From positions 37,882,001 through 37,946,000 of the forward strand of contig OX597832.1 of assembly GCA_951406725.2 (NCBI GenBank): DNA of 64,000 nucleotides, read 5' to 3'. Origin of the DNA: Octopus vulgaris (lineage: Eukaryota). The notes beneath the pieces were generated by a model. That model did no database searches and was not told where the DNA came from. It was given only the letters and a program-made list of their open reading frames with translations. The position numbers were made by a program, and so were the translations under genes. Shown piece by piece: positions 55,035 to 64,000 of this stretch. Positions within the stretch are counted from its first letter, which is position 1. Each line of letters begins with the position of its first letter.

Positions 55035-55246
55035 TAGTAATCTCCCGCCATTTCGCGGTTCACTATTTAAGATGACGTCGATTCCTCCGTGGTGTCGTTT
55101 TGCATTTATAATAAGATAAATATATACAAATTATAATAAAATTAATAAAAAAAGATATACTGTATAGTACCGTTTCTACTTCACGGATTTTCACCTATCG
55201 CGGGGGTTTTTGGAACGTAACATCCGCGATAGTCGAGAGATTACTG
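55035..55246. mobile_element. pogo/Tigger-like MITE
   Basis: TA|tagtaatctcccgccatttcgcgg ... ccgcgatagtcgagagattactg|TA: ~23-bp imperfect TIRs with TA flanks. Confidence 0.7.
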
Positions 55247-57139
55247 TATTGGGAATCTCCCACTTTAAAACAATATATTTATATTCTTGGAAATCTTCCA
55301 TTTATTTGGGATTCCTCAGTCAGTTTGGTGCTTGATGTGTTTATGGTTCAGTTACAGACACTCTAATTGCCACCCTCATATTAGAGAGTAAAAATTAATT
55401 CGCCTCCATTCAGTAAAATGCAGCTACACGAAATGAAAAGTCTCACGCAGTTACGTAAGATGGGGAAATGCCGAATCTTACTATAAATCGTCCAATGAAA
55501 GTCAATTACCTTCACTACAATATGGAAAGACTCGTTCATTTAGAAAAACTCAAGAAGGAAATGTTTTGTTGTTGTTTAACAGAAGTTATGGCTGTCTGAA
55601 AAGAAGGAGTAGACCGATTATCGACTCTAATATATGGCAGAGAAACTCATTTACTTTGTTGAACCCAGAAGTATGAAAATGTAGTGAACAGGAAAAAAAG
55701 CCACAATTTTAGTTACAAAACAATTTACAAAAAAAAAAAAAATGTCACATTTTTATTAAAAAAAAAAAAGGGAATTGTTAAATTAATTTTAAAATATTCT
55801 AAGTCACTTATTATTAACTGGCAGTACATGACTTGTATACAATGACAAACACAATTTATATAACGGCATTACACGTTTGTGAGGGGGAAAATCACGTTTT
55901 ATTCTATCAAAAAATCACGTTTTATTTAAAATCTTAAATAAAACTTTGATATATAAGTTATTTAACTGCGTGTATTATAGCATTTTTTTTTCCTGTGAAC
56001 ATTTTTTTTATTTGATTCAAAAAGCAATGTCGATTCTCTGAAGAAAGTAAATTGTTGAACGTTATTCTAGCATTACTTTAATGTCACAAGCGGAATAAAG
56101 AGAATAAAAATAACATTAAAAAAAAACCCCATTGATTTTTAAGATAGGGACTCGGTTTCAAATTATACCAAGAGTGGATAATTAACTCGATCGAGAGGAT
56201 GGACTTTGATCAGTTGAAAGTACACCACTATTTGGTCATTCCTTGCTGGATCTCTGAAAGATTTGCGCTAACCCAAAACTGCTTAGTCCCTTGTCTGGCC
56301 CTAGCGAAGCAATTGTGGCAATCCAGGAAATATTAAGAATTCATATTTCAGGATGGAAGGGGAAGTGGGATTCTGAGTCCTTCATGCGTTTTATAAAAGC
56401 CAATTGGAAGATCTTTAAAAGTGAATTAGTTTTTCAAAATAGGACATCGATAACGGACAACAAGTAAAACATATACAACGAACACTTCGATGTTATTGAT
56501 AAGAGGGACTCGAGGTTTAAGCCAAGGAGGAATATTTAACGCACATATATACATATGTATACGTGTGTGTGTGTGTATTTATATATATATACATCAAATA
56601 TTCATAATACATACATAACGTGTGTGTGTGTGTAGATACACACATATATCATATACACGCATCCGTAAATGGATAAATAGGTAGCAAGGAAGTGAAAGGA
56701 AGATGATGAGTGAGAAAAGAAGGAAAAAAAGGAAGAGAATTGAAGGGAAAGAGAAATAGAAATAGAGAGAGAGAGAGGGAGAGATTCAAGGTTCAGTAGT
56801 TAAGAAGTATTAATCTACAGTGTCATTTCTTCGGCTGTCACTTGCATACACACGCAGACACACACACACGCAGACACTCATCACTTCACCAACACCACCA
56901 TTATAAACCACCACCGTTTCCACCACCACCACAATCCGTCGCTCCCCGGCCGTTCCGTAGGCAACGACGATGACTTCCTCTTTAATTTAGACGTTCATTA
57001 CACACCTAACAATCATCTTGACTCTTGTTATTGCTGTTCTTAATAACAGTTTCCAAGTATTTCAACTGTGAAGTCTTTGGCAGCCAATAGAAATTGTGTG
57101 CGCCTCTCCCTATGAGTGTGACTGTGTGTGTGTCTATAT

Positions 57140-57180
<41 letters not shown>

Positions 57181-57344
57181 CACATGCGAACACACGTTTT
57201 TTCTTCTTCTTTCTCCAATAACGATGTCTAAACGAGTACATGTACCGTGAAACTCCGAGTAAAGACGTAGCAAATCGTGAAATATGTAAAAAAAAAAAGT
57301 TACACCATTAAAGATTCTATTAGCTCTTGCCTGTAGCATCGAAA

Positions 57345-57614
57345 CTATCTATCTATCCATCTATCTACCTATGTCTATCTATCTATCCATCTATCTACCT
57401 ATGTCTATCTATCTATCCATCTATCTACCTATGTCTATCTATCTATCCATCCATCTATCTATCTATCTATCTATCTACCTACCTACCTGTCTATCTATCT
57501 GTTTATCTATCTATCTACCTATCTATCTATCTATCCAACCATCTATCTATCTGTTTATCTATCTATCCATCCATCCATCTATCTATCTGTTTATCTATCT
57601 ATCTATCTATCTAT
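57345..57614. repeat. (TCTA)n array with a 30-bp higher-order unit
   Basis: ctatctatctatccatctatctacctatgt three times, then degenerate TCTA/TCCA. Confidence 0.95.
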
Positions 57615-57694
57615 CGATAGAGAAAATGAAAACAAGGTGTATACATACATGAATACACCTCGCCCCATCCATTTATATACATTCTTTTATTAAT

Positions 57695-58050
57695 TTACTT
57701 GTTTCAGTTATTTGACTGCAACCATGCTGGAGCACCGCCTCGAAGGGTTTTAGTCAAACAAGTTGATAGTAGGATCTTTTTTTTAAAAGCCTATTACGTA
57801 TCCTATTGGTTTATTTTGACGAACCACCGCTAGATTGCGAGGACGTAAACATACCAACAGCGGTTATCAAGCGATGATGGGAGGACAAACACAACGAGCT
57901 TCATTCAGTTTCTGCCTACCAAATTTCACAAGGATTTGATCAGCCCGAGGGTATTCTAGAAGACATTTGTCCAAAGTGCCGTGCAGTGGGACTGAACTCG
58001 GAACCCTGTGGTTGGGAAGCAACCGTCTTACCATACAGCTACGCTTGCGC
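57695..58050 (-). mobile_element. SINE family A, diverged full copy
   Basis: ttacttgtttcag...ccatgctggagcaccgcc...gcagtgggactgaactcggaacc. Confidence 0.8.
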
Positions 58051-58215
58051 TTGTATATATATGTGTGTGTGTGTATATATACAAACACATACACCTGTAT
58101 ACATACTCGTACTGTCTTCCTATAAGAGCTTTCTTAACCTTGACCATTTTGACATATACATGCATGCAGGTGTGTGTGTGTCTTGCCTGTCATTCAAATA
58201 TCCAGTCCTGTGACA

Positions 58216-58720
58216 TTTACTCTTTTACTTGTTTCAGTCATTTGACTGCGGCCATGCTGGAGCACCGCCTTCTAGTCGAGTAAATCGATCCCGGAACTTA
58301 TTCTTTGTAAGCCCAGTACTTATTCTATCGGTCTCTTTTGCCGAACCGCTATGTGACGGGGCCGTAAACACACCAGCATCGGTTGTCAAGCAATGCTAGG
58401 GGAACAAACACAGACACACAAACATATACACACACACTTATCATTCATCATTGTTCGACCGTGGTCGAGACAATGGAATTTACCATGCTACGCCAGACTT
58501 CACAGTCCACCATGGCATTACGGAGGTCCTGTTATATATATATATATACATATATACGACAGGCTTCTTTCAGTTTCCGTCTACCAAATCCACTCACAAG
58601 GCATTGGTCGGCCCGGGGCTACAGCAGAAGACACTTGCCCAAGATGCCACACAGTGGGACTGAACCCGGAACCATGTGGTTGGTTAGCAAGCTACTTACC
58701 ACACAGCCACTCCAGCGCCT
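58216..58720 (-). mobile_element. SINE family A, full-length, interrupted by an RTE tail
   Basis: Both halves near-identical to the 54603 copy; ~96-bp insert in the internal microsatellite. Confidence 0.92.
58438..58533 (-). mobile_element. 5'-truncated RTE-clade LINE 3' end
   Basis: Minus strand encodes QDLRNAMVDCEVWRSMVNSIVSTTVEQ*, like the RTE C-terminal AM.DR..WR motif, followed by a (tga)n-like tail. Confidence 0.65.
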
Positions 58721-59319
58721 ATTGTCTTAGGAAATTAAAAACTAAAGGGTTTATTAGTTACATTTGTACTATCTTCATTTGATCAAAAAGGCTCAACGTT
58801 GAACGCCAAAGCCGGCCGAAAGTTCATCCTACACCCAAATACTACATCCTGATACCAGGCAGCTGTTGAAGCTGACAACGTATCAGGGATCTTTCTTAGA
58901 CAATACATACAAGAGAGGGAAGTAAATGTTTTGTACGCTTTCTTGTTAAATAGTTACAGAGACGTGGGTTTGCTGACGTAGCATTACAGCTGTCCTTGTT
59001 CTGGTCTAATGAACCTCCTTGTTTGTTATTTTATTTCAGAATTTATTGGAGCAACTCTCTTCGAAGTCTCATATTGTCGTTGAATGCTCGAAATGAGGAG
59101 TAGATAGACAGCCAACAACTGATGAAGGGTCTTCTCTCTGTCTTTACTTGGCCTGTTCTCCATATTTCCTCTCGTTGTTTACCTATTTAACTCGATTGTT
59201 TATGCATTTCGTGTTATTTGCACCGTTGGTGACGCCTTGTACCCATATATGCATGTATATTATATATCTACATGTATACACACACACACACACACATGTA
59301 TATATATACACCTTATTTT

Positions 59320-59625
59320 TTTTACATATTTCCGTCATTTTGACTGCGGCCATGCTGGAGCACTGCCTTTAGTTGAACAAACAGGAATTTGTAAGCCTTG
59401 TAATTATTTTGCTGAGCTAATAAGTCATGGGGACGTAAACACTCCAGCATCCGTTGAGAAGCGATGGTGGGGAACAAAGTCACATAAACACACACACACT
59501 CACAAGGTTTTCGTTGGCGCGGGGATATAGAAGAAAACACTTGTCCAAGGTGCCACACATTGGGACTGAAACTGGAACCATGTGGTTCGGAAGCATGCTT
59601 CTTAGCACACAGCCATGCACGCGAC
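59320..59625 (-). mobile_element. SINE family A, diverged with deletions
   Basis: ttgactgcggccatgctggagcac...ggggacgtaaacac...ccaaggtgccacac..tgggactgaa. Confidence 0.8.
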
Positions 59626-59635
59626 TATATGTATG

Positions 59636-59715
<80 letters not shown>

Positions 59716-59948
59716 CACACATATTTATATATACACACAAATATATACATATATATATATATATTCCCACACATATATACATATAAATATATTCACACAC
59801 ATATATAAATATATATATACACACATACATATGCATATATATATATGCGTATATACACACATATATATATATATGTGTGTGTGTGTATATATGCATATAT
59901 ATATATATATATGGATACATGCATGTATGTATATATATATAGTGTTTT

Positions 59949-59989
<41 letters not shown>

Positions 59990-60476
59990 TTTTTGTGTAT
60001 ATACAGCATCCAGAGAGGCATGGAGGTCTACAGTAATTGTGTGTGAAATTACGTGTGAATGTTTGCGAGTGTGTCTTCCACGTTTTTCTTCTTCTCCATA
60101 AGTCAATCAAATGAGCGAGATTTGTAAAGATACTGAATTCAAATGTTAACTCCAGTTGACAAATCACTAACCGTGTCTTGACATAAAACTGATGTTATTA
60201 CAAAACAAATCACATGTTTCATAAAAACAACAACAACAACAACAACAAAACACAACTTTATTCTAATTAGCCTCAAGTCAATTACGCAATTGCTGTTTAT
60301 TTTTACTTGTCAGTTTTTTCGTTGTTGTTTGTTTTTTTTTGTTTTTACATTTTTATTTTTCTCGTTTCATTAATTCTTTTTGTTTCTATTTCGTTTTGCC
60401 ATGTTTGCTCGATTTTCTGTTGAGGCTTTTGTCTTGTCTTCAAGTCTTTCATTTAAAAACCACCACCACAACAACA

Positions 60477-60521
<45 letters not shown>

Positions 60522-60929
60522 GCTGCTGCTGTTACCGTTTTTGATGTTGCTGTTGTCCATTCTCAACACATTTGCCATTCCAATAACTTCTAGAATAAAT
60601 ACATTTTCCTGTTTTTTTCCCGTTTACATTTAATATATATACATATATGTATATATATATATATATTGGTTATGTCAGTTTGTTTATGCTATATGTTGTT
60701 TATTTCTTTTTTTTTTCCATTTAGCACATATACCCACATTCTTAATTAAAACACGTACGTGTACAGATACATATCTATATAAAGAAACACGTGTTAATGC
60801 ATATCTAAAAATGTATACGCGTGTATGTATATATATATATATATATATGCGTGTGTATTCATATGTATACATCCACATCTGTCTAGCTATTTATCGACCC
60901 GTGTTTCTCTCCTTCCCTATATATATGTA

Positions 60930-60988
<59 letters not shown>

Positions 60989-61496
60989 CCATACATATAT
61001 ATCAAAACACATGCTGTTGAATATCTGGTTAACTGAGTACACACAGGATCTCTTTTCGTTCAGGTGTACGACTCACCTACTCTTGTGTGTGTGAAACAAC
61101 TATTTACATAGCTCCCTTGTGTGTGCGTGCGTGTGTGTATAGATAGATATACACACATGCATATATATGTATGTAAGTGGCGGTGTTCGAAACACCCCCA
61201 TGTGATGTCAAGTCATATCAAAATGGTCTCCTAGTGACGTCACCGTAGACACTGTCTAATGACCTAGGAACAAATTCCTTGTATTGATAATACAACGAAC
61301 ACCCTAAAATGACATGTTGAACACAACTTAGCAGAATCGCAATAGTGCGTCGGACAAAATGCATTTCGGTATATTTTTAATGCTCGTATGAGTTTTTACT
61401 TTAGATCCTGTGGTGGTTAAATTTGCCTTCATCTTGTCGGGGTAGCCAGAATAAAAACCTGAACATAATTGGGGGTAGATTTATATTCTTCTACTG

Positions 61497-61751
61497 CAGT
61501 GGTTCTGAACCAGGGTCTATTTGCCCTTTGGGAATCCATATAAAATTTTATTATTAAAATTTCTGTGCAAGAAATTGATTATACCTCAACACGATACAAA
61601 TATTAAATTTTTTTTAAATGCAATTCTTTAAAATGTTTAATTATAAACATGAGATAGGATTTTTTTTTAACATTGAATAATTATGAGGGTCCACTCGAAT
61701 AAAGACGGGATCAAAGGGGATTCATTAGGAGGAAATGATTGAAGACCTCTG
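61497..61751. mobile_element. hAT (Charlie-like) MITE remnant
   Basis: cagtggttctgaacc ... gattgaagacctctg (10/15 TIR match); degenerate 8-bp TSD ttctactg/ctctaatg. Confidence 0.45.
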
Positions 61752-62489
61752 CTCTAATGCATTGCGAATAGGAATAAAATTGTGATAGGAGACAAAATAA
61801 CATGGCAATGCAGTTGTGTTAAAAAAAACTAAGCAAAAGATTACACGATGACATCTGAGTTTGAATGCTTCAAACTGGAGCTAAGACAACATTTAGGCAA
61901 AGATGTCTTCAGTGAATGTGGACCCAGATTAAACAAGAATAACAGCAGCAGCAACACCACCAATACCAGCCGTTCAAGAATTTGGACCTGGAGATCTCCG
62001 TTTCCAGCGACTTTGAGGGCCACCTCCCAGTGGTGTCGGGCGTCAACGAAGAGCCCTCGACTACAACAAGACGACCAAAGTTGTTTTTTCCCTCAAGGTC
62101 TGGGGTCTCCCGCTCCTAAGCCCTGGACCATCACCTAATCACCAACAGTAGCAGCAGCGGCACCACCAATAACAACAACAAGAACGACAGAACACACTCA
62201 AAACCGTTTCTGAAAACATAGGTCAAGCATTGAATGTAGGTGGAGTTGGATTAATAACTCTGACAAGATACCAAGTTTATGGAAGAAATTGAAGGTAACG
62301 GGTAGTTGAGGAGAAGCTGAAGAAGGAGGGTAAAGAACAGAGAGATAAAAAAAAACCTAAAATTGTGCACCTATTGTTGTTGTTGGTACGATGGTTGTTA
62401 TTTGAAGAAATGGTAAATTTCCTATTGTTTTTGCGAGATGTCCTCTAACTGTGATAAAGATGACGATATCTGCGTGTGTGCGCGCGCGC

Positions 62490-62533
<44 letters not shown>

Positions 62534-62700
62534 CTTATATTAGTGATTAGACTGCTGGGCCATGCTGGGGCACGGCCTTGAGAAATTTTAGTCGAATGTA
62601 TCGATCCCAGTAATTTTTTTAAGCCTAGTATATTTATATATATAATACGCTTTCAAATGACAGAAAAGAGCACTCAATAAATGGTCTGATAAATGTGTGA

Positions 62701-62755
<55 letters not shown>

Positions 62756-63347
62756 GCATACATACCTGGAGGAAAAAAAATAAAGAAATTATGTACATGT
62801 ATTGTGCACAGTTAATGATTCCCCTTTCTCTCACTTTATGTATGTATGTATGTATGTATATATTCCATTTTGGCCGTAGCCGCATAGAGGAAAGAACTAG
62901 AAAGAAATTATATATATGTGTGTATGTATATGTGTGATCATTAAACAGTTAATGATCCCTACTGCATTAGTAAAGCTTCACATAGACAAAGTGTGTCTGA
63001 GATCTAGTTATTTGTGTGTGTGTAATGAGTTTATATATAGAGCTCTGGGTGAAAGTTCAACTAAAGAGACACCACACAGTAGATATGATAAATAATTTTA
63101 GCTTGGGCAAGAAAATAAGGCAGAGGGTGGGTGGGGGCTGTACAGGGAGAGGTAAAGGGAAGGAAAGAAAGAAAGGGAAACACAGATGTAAAAGAGATGG
63201 GAGGTGGTAAGATGATGTAACAATAGGTCTATTCAGTATGATATATATATATATGGCGGGAGAGATTTAATTTTCGTTTGAATCTAGCAAAATAAATATG
63301 TATGTATATATGTGTGTATACCAAGGACTTATATCTACTCTTAACAG

Positions 63348-63396
<49 letters not shown>

Positions 63397-63719
63397 GCAA
63401 TATTCTCACTGAAATATTAAAAGATACCATAATCGTTCTGAATAACAAAAAATAAAATTCAAACAAAAATACGTTAATGGATGAATGTTGAACACGGCAG
63501 ATCTGTAGAAAGCTGACACACTCACATATTAATTTGTGTGTGTGTGAAATTACTCACAAACGCACACATATATAATATATATATACTATATTGTTTGTAT
63601 ATAATATATAAATTCATATTATATATTATATAGTATGCACACATACACATATATATATATATATATATATATTGTATGCATATACTATATATGGTATTGT
63701 ATGTATATTATATATTATG

Positions 63720-63751
<32 letters not shown>

Positions 63752-64000
63752 TATATTGTATATGTATACATCATGTTGTATATATACACATATATATATA
63801 TTAGTGTATGCATATCTTATAACATGTGTGGTATATATTATGTATATTACATATATACACACGCTCATATGTATATTATATATATATATACACACACACG
63901 TATATATTGTACTATATATGTGATATATGTTATGTATATTATATATATAAACATATTACACAGACAAACATACACACACATAACATGTATATGCATGAAG

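Noticed and set aside
61848-62138. 96-aa + strand ORF in a GC-richer patch
   Set aside because: No recognisable domain, includes simple repeats, no splice support

Overview
AT-rich eukaryotic DNA saturated with microsatellites. The (TA)n/(CA)n/(AAT)n load and the SINE families suggest a coleoid cephalopod, probably Octopus; this is inferred from remembered repeat motifs, not from a search. I found no supportable host protein-coding exon, so the window reads as a large intron or gene desert. Nearly all ORF-track entries are translated dinucleotide repeats ([12 protein letters not shown]). The only recognisable protein is a decayed Tc1-like transposase with DD37E (TRT-type) spacing at 28009-28548 (-), inside a ~1.45-kb element whose long inverted repeats appear to be two copies of its 3' end. 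Other content: about 20 copies of a CORE-like tRNA-SINE, about 10 copies of a Meta/MESC-like SINE, short RTE and R4/Dong LINE tails, mariner/pogo/hAT remnants, and several degenerate tandem arrays. The best unexplained signal is a ~200-bp inverted duplication in unique sequence (2714-3299) with perfectly matched motif-rich blocks, just downstream of a CpG/GC island. Two clusters of G-U-containing hairpins (4.5-4.9 kb, 33.3-33.6 kb) are weaker candidates. The sequence alone does not establish a new biological system; all regulatory and RNA-structure calls are hypotheses.
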